The notes below the pieces were generated by a model that worked only from the letters and a program-made list of their open reading frames with translations, made no database searches and was not told where the DNA came from. 64,000 nt of DNA, from positions 384,001 through 448,000 of the forward strand of contig CBDDBZ010000037.1 in the NCBI GenBank assembly GCA_965225945.1. The letters are read 5' to 3'. The DNA is from Alphaproteobacteria bacterium. Lineage in GTDB: Bacteria > Pseudomonadota > Alphaproteobacteria > GCA-2731375. Below are positions 1 to 11,103 of the stretch, piece after piece. Both the position numbers and the translations under genes were made by a program. Each line of letters begins with the position of its first letter. The stretch's first letter is position 1.

Positions 1-1163
1 CCGAACGCGCCGGCCAGATAGTTCGCGTAGATGTTGCTCTCCCGCCTGACCCCCCTGATATCCTTCAGGCCGTAGATCGATGTCGCCCCTTCCGACGACT
101 TTTCCGTGAAATAAATCTCCTCCTTTTCCAGGTACTGCAAAATACTCGGGTTGTGGCAGACCGCGATCAGCTGCGCCCGATGGGGATTGCGGTCCGGATC
201 GACGAACAGGTCGACGATTTCCGGAACCAGCAGCGAGTGAATTGCATTGTCCAGTTCGTCAATGACCGCAACGCCGCCTCTTTGCATGGCGTAGAAAAGC
301 GTCGGGAACAGGTTGTAGACCATGTTCGTTCCATGCGATTCAGCCGCACGGGAGATCGGTCTATGAACGCCCCGATGAAAGAAGAGCGGCTCCATGCCCC
401 TGTTGGTTATGGCGATCTCGACCTTTTCGATTCCAATGTCGAATCTCCGGGAAAACTCCAGAAATCCCTTCCTCAACTCCTCGCTATGAAAGTAGGAATC
501 GGCCGCGCTCGACGCTGCCGTTTCGCGATTGCCAAAAACATCCTCCACGTTCGTGTACAGGAACGACAGGTTCCGGCAAATTTCGACGCTGACGGAATGG
601 TTGAACTGCGCTAGTGTGGAGATGACGCTGCTGTTTTTCCTGATTTTCGGGATGGTGGGATCGTTTCCGCGAATGTGATAATCGCCGCCGAACCTGAACT
701 CCTGACCACGCCGCGAGAACAGCCGCTTCGGACGACCCAGCGGAAAATAGACCAGCTCCTCTTCCAGCACGCGTTCCTGGTCGTGGGAAACGACCAGCCT
801 GTGGCGAAAGACTTCACGCTTTCCGGAGTTACCGAACTTCCCGTCGAGCTCCACTTCGAACTCGGTCGGTTCCTCGTCCTGGCCCTCTCCGTAGAACTGT
901 GCCATCGGCAGACGTGCGTTCGCCGGCGCCGCCTGCGAGGACCGCATGAAGTTCGCGAGAAACGCGATGGCGCGCAGGATGTTCGTCTTGCCCGATGCGT
1001 TCGCGCCGAATATCACAGCGAAGGTCGGGAAGCGGTCCTTCGTCCCCGGGACGGGGTGCACGAAGCGCCCGGGGAGGTCCGGGGCGTTGGCCGCGACCGT
1101 CAGATCGAGGGTCTGCCATTCCCGGAACGAGAGGAAGTTTCTTACCCGGAATTGTCGAAGCAT
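1..1163 (-). CDS. AAA_21/AbiEii-RloA-like ATPase, 3' end runs off the window
   Basis: Manual translation from ATG at 1163: MLRQFRVRNFLSFREWQTLDL...FAVIFGANASGKTNILRAIAF (Walker A). Not in the ORF track, consistent with no stop before the window edge. Confidence 0.75.
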   Translation of the reverse strand, partial: MLRQFRVRNFLSFREWQTLDLTVAANAPDLPGRFVHPVPGTKDRFPTFAVIFGANASGKTNILRAIAFLANFMRSSQAAPANARLPMAQFYGEGQDEEPTEFEVELDGKFGNSGKREVFRHRLVVSHDQERVLEEELVYFPLGRPKRLFSRRGQEFRFGGDYHIRGNDPTIPKIRKNSSVISTLAQFNHSVSVEICRNLSFLYTNVEDVFGNRETAASSAADSYFHSEELRKGFLEFSRRFDIGIEKVEIAITNRGMEPLFFHRGVHRPISRAAESHGTNMVYNLFPTLFYAMQRGGVAVIDELDNAIHSLLVPEIVDLFVDPDRNPHRAQLIAVCHNPSILQYLEKEEIYFTEKSSEGATSIYGLKDIRGVRRESNIYANYLAGAF

Positions 1164-1592
1164 TTGAAGCCCACTTTCCAGCTTTTTCGTCAAAGTAGGT
1201 CCAATATGCTCCTTTCTCTACCCTGTTTCAACCTCGTGCGAGCGCCCACCGCAGCCAGCCCAAACAGCGCCGCCACCGGCCATGAACTGGCACCGCACGT
1301 GACCCGCGGACCGGCGCCGCGGTCTCCTCCCCTCTCCCGCGTTCGCGATCCGGTGCCACTTCATTCGACAGCCGGCCAGTCGTGCCCGACCAGATCCATG
1401 AGCGACGTCCCCTGGAACCGAAGGCATGGCTCACCGGGGAATCGTTCCCGGATCCCCTCGACCAGCTTACGGTCGTTATCGGTGAGGAAGAAGAAGCACG
1501 CCATCGCGGTACCCGTGACGTAGACCGAAACCCACGAGCAGCTTCCGAACGTCTTCGTCCACACCCGAACATCCGGCGCAAAGGGTCTCGCC

Positions 1593-1665
1593 TCGCCGAG
1601 ACGCTGGCATCCTGGCCGACGCTGCCCGCCAGCCGCCTCTACCAGATGGTGCGCGAACGCGGCTA
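1593..1665 (+). repeat. 73-bp internal fragment of the istA gene at 9161-10666
   Basis: Matches the reverse complement of 10404-10476 with one mismatch ([23 protein letters not shown]). Confidence 0.9.
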
Positions 1666-1683
1666 GCTGACAGGCGGTCTTGT

Positions 1684-1765
1684 CGGGTAGCCGCGAGGAG
1701 CGCATGGCGGTCTGGAGACGGCGGTTGTTGCGCAGCACGATCTGGGCATTCAGCAACTGCTCAAT
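1684..1765 (-). pseudogene. Short IS21 istB-like fragment
   Basis: IEQLLNAQIVLRNNRRLQTAMRSSRLP resembles the IstB N-terminal region. Confidence 0.5.
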
Positions 1766-2130
1766 TCCGAGCGCCCCCTTGCCTCGGGCGAGTAGGCCGG
1801 GATCAACTTGATGCCGAGCTGCGCCAGGGCGCGGCCGACCTGGGTCGGGGTGTCCTTGCCCACCTTGCCGCCGGCCTCGGGCGTGTTCCAGCAGTGGCTG
1901 GCGCGGTCGGCGTAGAGCGAGCAGAACAGGCCCTTGGCCCGGATCGCCTCGGACACCCCCTGGAAGCTCGACGTGGTGCCCTCTTCGGCGACGAAGAAGA
2001 CCGAGTAGATATCGCTGGTCGCATCGTCCATGGTGACGATCAGGTCCCACCATCGACCGGGGACCCACTCGTGGATCGAGCCGTCCTGATGCAGCATCAT
2101 GCCGGGCAGGGCACGGCGCGGCCGCTTGCG
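1766..2130 (-). pseudogene. ISNCY/IS481-like transposase internal fragment
   Basis: RKRPRRALPGMMLHQDGSIHEW...MDDATS...LYADRASH...AYSPEARGRSE is an integrase core; it is cut by the IS21 end at 2131. Confidence 0.75.
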
Positions 2131-2150
2131 TGTCAAACGGCTTTCAATAT

Positions 2151-3175
2151 GGCTCAATTCGTGAATTGTATGCGTCACCTTGTTACGGCGGCGGCGAGGC
2201 AGGCTCGGTCATTGGCGCCGGGGGCGAGGCCGACGAGGTGGAACCAGCTCAGGTAGTTGTCCAGATAGCGGGTGGCGATGCCGCGGCGGGGACGCAGGAA
2301 GTCCTTCAACCGGCTGTGGCGGCTGTTCACCGTCTGCACATGCAGATCGCCCCGAACCCGTTCCCCCATCGAGCGGTTGAGTGCTTCGTGGCTCACCCCG
2401 AGCGCGGCGGCGCACGGTGGGTAGCTCGCGCCGCCGTCGGAGACCAGCAGGGCGTCCTTCGCGACCACCGGGTCGAGGGCAGCCGTGAGCGCCGCCGCAT
2501 CGACCCTGGGCAGCACCGCGCTGACCGTCGTTCCGCTCCGGTCCGCCGCCATGAGAACCGGTACCTGCTCGCGCGAGAGGCCGCGCTTCTTCGCCTTGCC
2601 GCCCCGCCGCCGTGCCTTGCGCCCCAGCCCGCGCGCGCCCTTCCGGCTCTCCAGGACGTAGGTCTCGTCCGCTTCCACGATCCCCTTGAGCACCTCCGAA
2701 TCGCTCCGCGCCGCCGCCAGAAACCGGTGACGCCAGCGGAACGCCGTGCTCACCGCCACGTCGCAGCGCGCCGCCGAGGCCTTCACCGTCTCCCCCTTCG
2801 CCAGCGACGCCCCGAACGACAGCCAGCGTTCCTTGTGGTGCAAGCCCGACAGCGGCGTACCGCTCAGCGCGTTGAAGGTCCTGCCGCAGCCCTTGCACTG
2901 GTAGCGCCGCAGACCCCGCGCCATACCGCGCGAAACCGCCCCTTCGCTCGCGCAGTGCGGACAGCGCCGGGCCTCGTCCACACCAAGCTCGATCGCGGCC
3001 TTCGATGCCTCGCCCTCGCTCCGGCCCGACAGCACCGCGAGCGCCTCGCGCCGCTGCGCGCGCGTCAGCCCGCGCGCCGCCGAAAGCCACACCTGGAAAC
3101 CCTTGCCGTCCATAACCCAACCTCCTGACGTTCCAGGCACTCTATCACTAATGCATACAATTCGCGAATTGAGCC
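2151..3175 (-). mobile_element. IS1595-family element
   Basis: IRs GGCTCAATTCG(T/C)GAATTGTATGC; 8-bp TSD TTCAATAT at 2143-2150 and 3176-3183. Confidence 0.95.
2175..3113 (-). CDS. IS1595-family transposase
   Basis: Zn ribbon CPHC...CKGC, HTH, VEADETY, SDG, QTVNSRH, YLDNYL. Confidence 0.92.
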   Translation of the reverse strand: MDGKGFQVWLSAARGLTRAQRREALAVLSGRSEGEASKAAIELGVDEARRCPHCASEGAVSRGMARGLRRYQCKGCGRTFNALSGTPLSGLHHKERWLSFGASLAKGETVKASAARCDVAVSTAFRWRHRFLAAARSDSEVLKGIVEADETYVLESRKGARGLGRKARRRGGKAKKRGLSREQVPVLMAADRSGTTVSAVLPRVDAAALTAALDPVVAKDALLVSDGGASYPPCAAALGVSHEALNRSMGERVRGDLHVQTVNSRHSRLKDFLRPRRGIATRYLDNYLSWFHLVGLAPGANDRACLAAAVTR

Positions 3176-3365
3176 TTCAATATTGACCCCCGATCGGCGT
3201 GCAAAATTGACCCCCCTGAGCGGCACGGCGGAGGTTGTCCCGGTAGTCAATAGGGGGGACCCGCGCGGCTTCGTGTAGCGCCCTGCGCTACGCGGAGCGA
3301 AGCCGCGCGGGGGGTACCTGTTGACCCACCGGGGCAACCGGGCCGCGGGCACGGCCGGCGGCGGC

Positions 3366-4094
3366 TCAGGAGCGGTTCTTGAAGCGCCAGCTCTCGTTGC
3401 CGGTCTCGATGATCTCGCAATGATGGGTGAGACGGTCGAGCAGCGCGGTGGTCATCTTGGGGTCGCCGAAGACGGATGGCCATTCGCCGAAGGCGAGCTT
3501 GGTGGTGATGACGATAGAGGTGCGCTCGTAGAGCCGGCTCATGAGGTGGAAGAGCAGCTGCCCGCCGGCCTGGGCGAAGGGCAGGTAGCCGAGTTCGTCG
3601 AGGATGACGAAGTCGCGGCGTACGAGCTGGTCCGCGGTGCGGCCCTGGCGTCCGGCGCGGAGCTCGGCCTCGAGGTGGTTGACCAGGTCGACGACGTTGT
3701 AGCAGCGGCCCCGGGCGCCCTTGCGGATGCAGGAGCGCGCGATGGCGACGGCGAGATGGGTCTTGCCGGTGCCGGTGCCGCCGACCAGCACGATGTTGCG
3801 CTTGCCCTCCAGGAAGCCGCCGCCGGCGAGCTCCTGGATCAGGGGCTCGTTGACTGGCGAGGCGGCGAAGTCGAAGTCGGCCAGCTCCTTGGCCGTTGGC
3901 AACCTGGCGGACGCCATCTGGTACTTGATCGAGCGCGCCGTCTTGTCGGCGATCTCGACCTGCAGCAGCGTACCGATGATCTGCTGCACCGGATGACGAC
4001 GCTTGAGCCCGTCGGCAAGGATGTCGTCGTAGGCGGCGCGCATGCCCGCGAGCTTCAACGCCGTCATCATCGCCAGCACCTCATGACGCTCCAT
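3366..4094 (-). CDS. istB: IS21 helper ATPase IstB
   Basis: Walker A GGTGTGKT, Walker [16 protein letters not shown]. Confidence 0.95.
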   Translation of the reverse strand: MERHEVLAMMTALKLAGMRAAYDDILADGLKRRHPVQQIIGTLLQVEIADKTARSIKYQMASARLPTAKELADFDFAASPVNEPLIQELAGGGFLEGKRNIVLVGGTGTGKTHLAVAIARSCIRKGARGRCYNVVDLVNHLEAELRAGRQGRTADQLVRRDFVILDELGYLPFAQAGGQLLFHLMSRLYERTSIVITTKLAFGEWPSVFGDPKMTTALLDRLTHHCEIIETGNESWRFKNRS

Positions 4095-5595
4095 GACCGG
4101 CCTCCCTCAGGCGATCGTAGCGCTGACAGTCGGCCACCGGCCGGTGGCGAAGCTGCAGGCCCTCGGGCGTCGGGATGGTCGCCGGCGGTGCCGGCTGGCA
4201 CTGCCGGGCGAGGATGTTGAGCACGACGTCGGCGCTGCAGGCGCCGCAGTCGAGCGCCTCGGCACAGGCCGCCTCGACCGCCTCCAGCCCGTCCTCCTGA
4301 ACCGCCGCGAGGATCCTCACGAACTGCCTGTCACCGTCGTCGCAACCCGTCAGCCGGGCCCGTATGCGGCCGAGCGCGCCGGGCAGTTGCCAGCCCTTGA
4401 AGGGCGCGCCGTTCCTCAGCGCACCAGGCTTCCGCGTCAGGATCGGCACGTAGTGCCACGGATCGTAGGCGATCTCGCCGCGCCCGAAGCTCCGGGGATG
4501 CTCGGCGACGGTCTCGCCGTCCTGGCGGATGACGATCCGATCGGCGTAGGCCCGCACGTCGACCGGCCGCCCGACGGCACGGGCGGCGACGCTGTAGTGG
4601 TTGTTGTCGAAGCGCACCAGACAGGTCTTGGACACCGCCACCTCGGTGGCGTGGAAGCCGTCGAAGGGGCCGCGATAGGCCATCAAGAAGGGCCGCTCCT
4701 CCTCGAACACCTGCCACACCGTCTTGCTCTCGATCGTCGGATGCGGCCGCTTCTTGGCGTCCTCGATACACCGATCCATCAGCCACTCGTTGATCTCGAC
4801 GTAGGAGCGGCCCCGCGGGATGGGCACGAACAGGCGGCCGCGGATGTCACCCACCTGCCTCTCGACCTGCCCCTTCTCCCAGCCCGCACCCGGAGTGCAC
4901 GCCACCGGCTCCACCAGATGGTGGGAGCACAGCTCCAGAAAGCGCCGGTTGTAGGCGCGCTCCTTGCCGACGAAGACCATGCTCACCGCCGTCTTCATGT
5001 TGTCGTAGATGCCCCGTCGGCAGACCCCGCCGAAGAAGTGGAAGGCCCGTTCGTGCGCCTCGAACACCATCTCCTGGCTCTCGCGCGGGAAGATCTGAAC
5101 CAGCTGCATGCGGCTGTAGCAGAGCCGCATGTGCGCCGCCTTCACCTTGGTCGTCACACCCGACAGGCGCGCGTACTCGTGGCTCCAGTCGAACTGGTAG
5201 GCCTCGCCGGGATCGAAGCTCAGCGGCACAAAACCCTGCGACGGCGACAACAGCCGCCACCGCCGACGCCAGGTCCTGGCGTAGCGGCGCACCGCGTCGT
5301 AGCCGCCGCCATAGCCCAGAGCCGCAAGGTCTTCATGAATCCGCAGCAGAGACAGCCGATCCCGGCGCGGCTTCTTCTCGTTGGCCTCCAGCTGGCGCTC
5401 GAGCTCATCCACCCACGGTCCAAGCTTCGGCATCGGCTGGATCTTGCGCGCGTAGCTGTACGAGGTCTCATCGCCCCGCACCACCTTGCGCACCGTGTTC
5501 TTCGAAACCCTCAAATCCCGGGCGATCTTCTTGATCGGAACGCCCCTCACCAGATGATCCCGACGGATCCGTGCGATCGTTTCCACTACCAGCAT
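4081..5595 (-). CDS. istA: IS21 transposase IstA
   Basis: N-terminal HTH, QFDW, YDNMKT, EKGQVE; overlaps istB. Confidence 0.95.
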   Translation of the reverse strand: MLVVETIARIRRDHLVRGVPIKKIARDLRVSKNTVRKVVRGDETSYSYARKIQPMPKLGPWVDELERQLEANEKKPRRDRLSLLRIHEDLAALGYGGGYDAVRRYARTWRRRWRLLSPSQGFVPLSFDPGEAYQFDWSHEYARLSGVTTKVKAAHMRLCYSRMQLVQIFPRESQEMVFEAHERAFHFFGGVCRRGIYDNMKTAVSMVFVGKERAYNRRFLELCSHHLVEPVACTPGAGWEKGQVERQVGDIRGRLFVPIPRGRSYVEINEWLMDRCIEDAKKRPHPTIESKTVWQVFEEERPFLMAYRGPFDGFHATEVAVSKTCLVRFDNNHYSVAARAVGRPVDVRAYADRIVIRQDGETVAEHPRSFGRGEIAYDPWHYVPILTRKPGALRNGAPFKGWQLPGALGRIRARLTGCDDGDRQFVRILAAVQEDGLEAVEAACAEALDCGACSADVVLNILARQCQPAPPATIPTPEGLQLRHRPVADCQRYDRLREAGHGAS

Positions 5596-5711
5596 CTCCC
5601 CCACCTCGTCTGTCCAAACAACGAGGTGTGTTAAAAATCACAAAACCAGGGGGGTCAATTTTGGACGCCGATTACCCCACCAAGGGGGTCAATATTCCAC
5701 GCCGATCAACA

Positions 5712-6028
5712 CACCGGGCGACCAGACGGCCGTAGCGGTCGACATCGCGTTTGAGGCACCGCACCGGCCGGCGGCCGACAAGCGCTGCAAGCGCACGCGT
5801 GGAGGCCTGCCCGCAGCGCCGGTCCTCTCCTTGGGCGGACCGGCACAACTGCCGTCGTTCGGGGGCATCGATCCCGTGGATGCGGATACGGAGCTTGCCG
5901 ATCCGGATGCTGTCCCCGTCGGTAATCGACGGGATGCCCGAGACTTCGTCCGGCGCGGCCACGGCGGCGCCGGCGGCAAGGACGGCCAGGACCGCGGAGA
6001 AAATCGAGACCAGGCACATCTTCTTCAT
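5712..6028 (-). pseudogene. Secreted thermonuclease (SNase-like), 3'-truncated by IS21
   Basis: Signal peptide, then ITDGDSIRIG..RIRIHGIDAPE..DRYGRLVARC; the frame then enters the IS21 end. Confidence 0.8.
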
Positions 6029-6150
6029 CGGGGCGTTCCATCGTGGGCGGTGTGGGGCGGTGTCCGAAGGCTTCATCGGCGGCGATCCCGATTCGGCGCC
6101 GTTTGCAGTGTGTTGGGCGAATCATCGATGCCGGGCAACGGACCCGATTG

Positions 6151-7369
6151 TCAGCCAATGGAGCTTCCGAACAATACCTTGCGGTCGTGTTGCCGGGTGA
6201 GCCTGGCCTCGTAGGCTTCGTGCGTCTCGAAGCGTCCGAAATCTTCGATGGCCGAGGACAGGCTGGCACATTCCTGCAGGTGGCGGGCCACCTGCTCGTC
6301 GTGGATCGTCTGTCTCTGTCCGATCGCAAAGTCGATCATGGCTCTCAGGGCCAGGGTCGCGGCGAGCGGGTGTCTGGCCGCCAGGGCGTCGGCGGCCGGG
6401 ATCAGGATGTGGTCGAAGATGCCTTCGAGGTTTGACGCCTGTTCGATTACCAGCGCGGCGGCCCTGTCCAGGGCCGGCCAATCTATCAGGAAGGACAAGG
6501 CGCCGATCGGGCTCCGGGACTGCTGGACGTAGTCGAGGGCTTTTTCCTCGGCTTCCATGTCGTCGAAATCGGGAAGTTTCCTCAGATACGCCCGGAGATG
6601 GGGCGCCGACAGGGAACGCTCGAAACAGTTCCACCGGAACGCCTGGGCCTCATCGGACTGCCCGAGCGCTTCCAGTGCATCGATCCGGGCGTCCTCGCAC
6701 GCGAATCGGTGCCGGGTCGAATATCCGTCGTCATCGTGTTCGGCCGCATCCACAGCCTTCAGGGCCTCCTCGGCCCGTCCCGCCGCCAGGAGCCTGCGGG
6801 CAATCGCGGCGGCGACCGCGGGCTCCTTCCGGCCGCCTTCGTCAACCTGGTCGATGAAGGCATCGACATCGCCCTGGGCGTCGGCAATATCCTGCAGGGC
6901 CGAGCGGGCGGTCTGGGGCCGCAAGCGCTCCGCCGTCTCGGCTTCGACGTCTGTGCCCCGGTGGCGCCAGTGTATTTTCCGCCGGTGCGCTTCTGGCAGC
7001 TGTACGGTCGGCGTGTTCGAATATTCGGTCATCAGCTGCTTCAGACGCTCCAACCCTTCCTGTCCCAGGGCCGGCGTCAGCGCAGCGACGAGACCGTCGT
7101 ACTGGCTGTGGGCGTTCTGGGTCAGCGCCTCGAAGGCCCGCTCCGCCAGCTTGTGCGGATCGGGGCTGGCTGCGGAGGCAATGGCGCCCGGATCGGAGGC
7201 GCTGAAGGCGCCGGCGATTGTTTCGTCGGTATAGTGGAGGCGGTTCTGGATCGGGTTCGCCAGCCCCATGTACTGCCACATCAGGTCGAGCGCCTGGGCA
7301 GCATCCTCGATGGCGATCCGGTCGACGATGGTCCTGCGGCAGAGTTCCAGGTCGTCCACGAGATCCCGG
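6151..7369 (-). pseudogene. DUF6880-like helical protein, 3' portion (split by the element at 7370-11504)
   Basis: Removing the element and one CCCGG copy restores the frame: ...IDSRRRRDLVDDLELCRR... Confidence 0.8.
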
Positions 7370-7482
7370 TGTTAGCGGTGGTTCCAGGGTGCGCTTATAT
7401 GGTGCTCTTTTTGAGCGGTCGGTGGCGGTTGGCTGACGGGATGCTTTTGGGCTTGGCTGATTTTGTTTCGCGCTGTGGCTAT

Positions 7483-8373
7483 TCAGTCGAGGGGCCGGTC
7501 ATCGATCTGGAGCGGTTCGCCGGCGCGGTCGCGCATGAGCATGTCGTTCCAGTCCAGGCCGTCGAGGGCAGGGCGCAGGCGGACGACCCTGCTGTCGTTT
7601 CGGATGAGCCGTGCCGCGGCGTCATCGCCCTGGCGGGTGGCGTCGTAGGCGCAGAAGATCCGGCCGGGGTTCCAGGCCTCGATCCATTCGGGGAGGCTTG
7701 CGGTGGCGCCGCCGGTTGAGACCACGGCGCATCCCTTGCGCCCGGCCGGGACGAGGTGGAGGGAGCGGACCGACAGGGCGTCGATTGCGTTCTTGGCGAG
7801 GATGACGGAGTTCGGCCAGTCGGGTTCCCACGACATCCAGAAGCCGCCGCGCGCGGCGGCGCCGGTCGGCGCGAGGCGGCGTGGCGCCGCGGCAGGGACG
7901 ATCTCGGCGCCGAGAGCCTCGCCGGCCGCGTTTCGGCGGACGAACACGGCGTTGCCGTGGCGGTCGGCGTAGAGCAAGCCGAGGTCGCGGCACAGGGCGA
8001 CGAGCACATCCGCGAGGCCGCGCTGCTCGACGAGGTAGCTCTGGATGGCGGGCCAGTGGCGGTCCGGGCACGGCGGCTTCGGGTGGCGATCGGCCGGGAA
8101 CCGGTCACGGCACGGCAGTTCCGAGAAGAAGCCGAGGGCCTCGGGCACGGTGCACCGGCAGGCATGGATTACCAGGTCGATCGCTCCGCCCCCGCCGCGC
8201 AGATGTTCGTAGAACATAAAGCCGTTGATGCTGACGACGGATCCGGGACGCCTCCAGCGCGCGGCATCGGTGGGATCGCGGCGGTAGCCGAGGCGGCGGA
8301 CGACGTCTTCGAGGGGATAGCCTCGCAGGGCCTCGGCCCGCACCCGCCGGTCCCAGAGGCGGGGACCATCCAT
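7483..8373 (-). CDS. DUF3991/TOPRIM-like (primase-related) passenger protein
   Basis: GGGAIDLVIH, YLVEQRGL, YADRHGNAVF, NAIDALS, CAYD, DWND. Starts 2 nt after the istB stop. Confidence 0.7.
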   Translation of the reverse strand: MDGPRLWDRRVRAEALRGYPLEDVVRRLGYRRDPTDAARWRRPGSVVSINGFMFYEHLRGGGGAIDLVIHACRCTVPEALGFFSELPCRDRFPADRHPKPPCPDRHWPAIQSYLVEQRGLADVLVALCRDLGLLYADRHGNAVFVRRNAAGEALGAEIVPAAAPRRLAPTGAAARGGFWMSWEPDWPNSVILAKNAIDALSVRSLHLVPAGRKGCAVVSTGGATASLPEWIEAWNPGRIFCAYDATRQGDDAAARLIRNDSRVVRLRPALDGLDWNDMLMRDRAGEPLQIDDRPLD

Positions 8374-8375
8374 GG

Positions 8376-9164
8376 CTACGCCGGCGGCGGTTCCCCGCGG
8401 TCCTGCGCGCCGGCCTTGCCGGCTCGCCGCCGGCGGCGCTCGGCGCTGCGCTGCTTCTGGCGTTCCTCGGCCTCCTTGCGGCGCCAGGACTCGGCGTCGA
8501 TGGCGATGATCTCGGCGTTGTGGACGAGGCGGTCGACCAGGGCGACGAGGCAGGCGGCGTTGGGGAAGGCCTCACCCCACTCGGCGAAGGGCCGGTTGGT
8601 GGTGATTATGGTGGAGTTCTGCTGGCTGCGGCTGGAGACGATGTTGAACAGCAGATCGGCATGGCGGTTGCTGTAGGACAGGTATCCGACCTCGTCGATC
8701 ACCAGCAGGTGCTGGCGGGCGTAGAAGCGCAGCCTGCGCTGAAGCAGGGTGTCGCTGTCGAGGGCGGCGAGCTCGCCGAGCATGCTGGCCGCGGTGGCGA
8801 AGCGCACGGTGTGGCCCTCGAGGACGGCGCGGTGGGCGATATTGGCGGCGATGGTCGACTTGCCGACGCCGTTTGGGCCGACCAGGACGACGTTGGCGGC
8901 CTCGTTGAGGAACTCGAGGCTCATGAGATCCTCGACGGCCATGCGGTCGCAGCGGCGCGGCCATGCCCAGTCGAAGTCGGCGAGCGGCTTGAACTGTCCG
9001 AGGCGGGCGTCGCCGAGGCGGCGCTTGAGGCTGCGGCTTCGCCGTTCCTCCTCTTCCCAGGCGACCAGCGCAGCGGGCCAGTCATGCCCGGCGACCTCGC
9101 CCCAGTGGGCGGCGAGGCCGTGCAGGCCGAGCGCCCGGGCACGGCCCATGAGGGTATCGTTCAT
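8376..9164 (-). CDS. istB: IS21 helper ATPase IstB
   Basis: Probable start MNDTLMGR overlaps the istA stop (ATGA); [21 protein letters not shown]. Confidence 0.93.
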   Translation of the reverse strand: MNDTLMGRARALGLHGLAAHWGEVAGHDWPAALVAWEEEERRSRSLKRRLGDARLGQFKPLADFDWAWPRRCDRMAVEDLMSLEFLNEAANVVLVGPNGVGKSTIAANIAHRAVLEGHTVRFATAASMLGELAALDSDTLLQRRLRFYARQHLLVIDEVGYLSYSNRHADLLFNIVSSRSQQNSTIITTNRPFAEWGEAFPNAACLVALVDRLVHNAEIIAIDAESWRRKEAEERQKQRSAERRRRRAGKAGAQDRGEPPPA

Positions 9165-10666
9165 TGCTCGCTGTCCTCCTCGGGTTCGCCGGCCAGCCCG
9201 TCGTATCCGACGAGGTCGTGATCGCGGACAGTGATGTCGCGCACTCTCGGATCGCCGGGCAGTTCGACGGGGATGGGCGGGGGTTGGTGCCGCAGCTCGC
9301 GCCGCCGGGTCAGGCTCAGGCGCACGGCGTTGGGATGGGGAACGTCCCGCTTCAGGGCCTCGTCGATGGCCGCCTCGAGCTCGGCGGCGCCGTAGGCGTC
9401 GAGGAGGCGCAACAGGGCGGCGACGGTGGCGCCTATATAGCCGCCGCGCTGGGCGGCCTCGGCGAGCAGGCGCTCGCTGTTGGGCGCGGCCTGGACCAGC
9501 CGGTCCTGGCCGCGAAGGCGGCGGGCATGGCTCTTGCGCCTGACCAGCTCGGCGATGTGCTCGGGGTTCTCGATGCGGGCCGCCTTGTCGAAGCTGCGCG
9601 GATGGCTGGCGATGACGTCCACACCGTCGAGGATGCGCACCTCGTCGAGCGTCGCGACCACGACGAGGGTGCGCCGCACATGGGTGTGCGGCACGCTGTA
9701 ATCGTTGAGATCGAAGCGGGCGTAGGGGGTCTTGCCGATGGCGACCTCGACCCGGTCGTGGTCGGGGAAGGGATCGCCGGGCAGCGCGATGAGAGAGCCG
9801 CGTTCCCGCTCGAAGGCCTCGCGCACGGTGATCGAGCGGTCTTCGGGCCAGGGGCGGTCGGCGGCGATGCCGTGGCACCAGGCCAGGGCCTGGGCGTTGA
9901 GATCGTCGATATCGCGCCACCGGCGGGCGGCGAAGAAGCTGGTCCGGACATAGCGAATCGCCCGCTCCACGCGCCCCTTCTCGTTGCCGCGCGCGACCGC
10001 GACGGGCTTGGGCAGGAAGTGGTAGTGGCCGGCGAGGTCGAGGATCCGGGGATTGAACCGGATGGCGGCGCCGCGGCGCTCCAGCACGACGCTCTTCAGG
10101 TTGTCGTACCAGAGCTCGCGGGGCACGCCCTGCCACGCCTCGAAGGCTTCGACATGGCCGCGCAGGAAGTTGCTCATCCCGGCGTCGAGGTAGAAGCGCA
10201 GGAAGATCCGCCGCGAGTAGCTGAGAACCATCACGAAGCCCATCAGGCGGCGCTCCGCGCGGCCGATCGTCACCTTGCCGAAGTGTCCCCAGTCGACCTG
10301 GGCCTGCTCGCCGGGAAGGGTCTTGAGGCGCAGATAGGCCTCGGCCACGGGCCTGGGCCTGAAGTGGCTGAGCAGATGACGGAAGTGGTCGCCGCCGCCC
10401 GGATAGCCGCGTTCGCGCACCATCTGGTAGAGCCGGCTGGCGGGCAGCGTCGGCCAGGATGCCAGCGTCTCGGCGATGAACGGCACGTATGGATCGATCA
10501 TCGACGGCCTGGGCGACCTCGCGTCCCGGGGCTCGCCGGCCGCGGTGAGGAGGCGCTCGACGGTGTAGCGATGCACGCCGAGCTGGCGTGTGATCGTGCC
10601 GACCGTCCACTTCTCGACGTGATACAGGCGCAGGATCTCCGCGCGGGTCTCCTTGTCGATGGTCAT
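9161..10666 (-). CDS. istA: IS21 transposase IstA
   Basis: HTH, QAQVDWG, YDNLKS, EKGRVER. Confidence 0.95.
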   Translation of the reverse strand: MTIDKETRAEILRLYHVEKWTVGTITRQLGVHRYTVERLLTAAGEPRDARSPRPSMIDPYVPFIAETLASWPTLPASRLYQMVRERGYPGGGDHFRHLLSHFRPRPVAEAYLRLKTLPGEQAQVDWGHFGKVTIGRAERRLMGFVMVLSYSRRIFLRFYLDAGMSNFLRGHVEAFEAWQGVPRELWYDNLKSVVLERRGAAIRFNPRILDLAGHYHFLPKPVAVARGNEKGRVERAIRYVRTSFFAARRWRDIDDLNAQALAWCHGIAADRPWPEDRSITVREAFERERGSLIALPGDPFPDHDRVEVAIGKTPYARFDLNDYSVPHTHVRRTLVVVATLDEVRILDGVDVIASHPRSFDKAARIENPEHIAELVRRKSHARRLRGQDRLVQAAPNSERLLAEAAQRGGYIGATVAALLRLLDAYGAAELEAAIDEALKRDVPHPNAVRLSLTRRRELRHQPPPIPVELPGDPRVRDITVRDHDLVGYDGLAGEPEEDSEQ

Positions 10667-11103
10667 CTCACCCCCTTTCCCGTCGGGCGCAGCCCCGGAT
10701 AGACCGCCTGCCCGCAGAACCGGCCGCAGCGATCGCAGCGGAAGACCCTGGCGGGCCGCTCGTGCCCGAAGGGCCGTGTTCCGGGACGCCCTGCCGGCGT
10801 CCGCACCACAACAGGACGCCGCCGCGCGGCGGTCAAAGGGTGATGCGTCACTTCCTGCCCGCGGCGCCGATTCACCGGCGTCCGGCGCCGCCGGCGTTCG
10901 CGATAGCGCCGCTGGCGCTCAGCATGCTTGTGACGGCCCCGCCGGCTGTTCTGGTAGCGCTGCCCGGCATGGCGCTGCGATCGCCGGCGCACCCGATCGC
11001 TGCAGCTCCGTGAACAGTAGATGTTGCCGTGGTCGCAGTGCCGGCAGAGAACCACCTGTTGATGGCACGAGGCGCAGTTGAACAGGCGGGCGGTGTTCTT
11101 CAT
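10663..11103 (-). CDS. Cys-rich basic protein (putative Zn-binding), coupled to istA
   Basis: [34 protein letters not shown]...CDRCG; stop overlaps the istA ATG. Confidence 0.65.
   Translation of the reverse strand: MKNTARLFNCASCHQQVVLCRHCDHGNIYCSRSCSDRVRRRSQRHAGQRYQNSRRGRHKHAERQRRYRERRRRRTPVNRRRGQEVTHHPLTAARRRPVVVRTPAGRPGTRPFGHERPARVFRCDRCGRFCGQAVYPGLRPTGKGVR

Larger units (their letters stand above)
2131..5711 (-). mobile_element. IS21-family element, copy A1, with IS1595 inserted in its right terminal repeat
   Basis: Ends TGTTGATCGGCGTGGAATATTGACCCC (5711, minus) and TGTCAAACGGCTTTCAATAT|TGACCCC (2131). Contains istA and istB; near-identical to 33452-35957. No target duplication seen. 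Confidence 0.92.

Noticed and set aside
8376-10610. 744-aa ORF that looks like an N-terminally extended IstB
   Set aside because: The extension is Arg/Pro-rich alternate-frame sequence over istA. The probable start at 9164 has the usual ATGA overlap.
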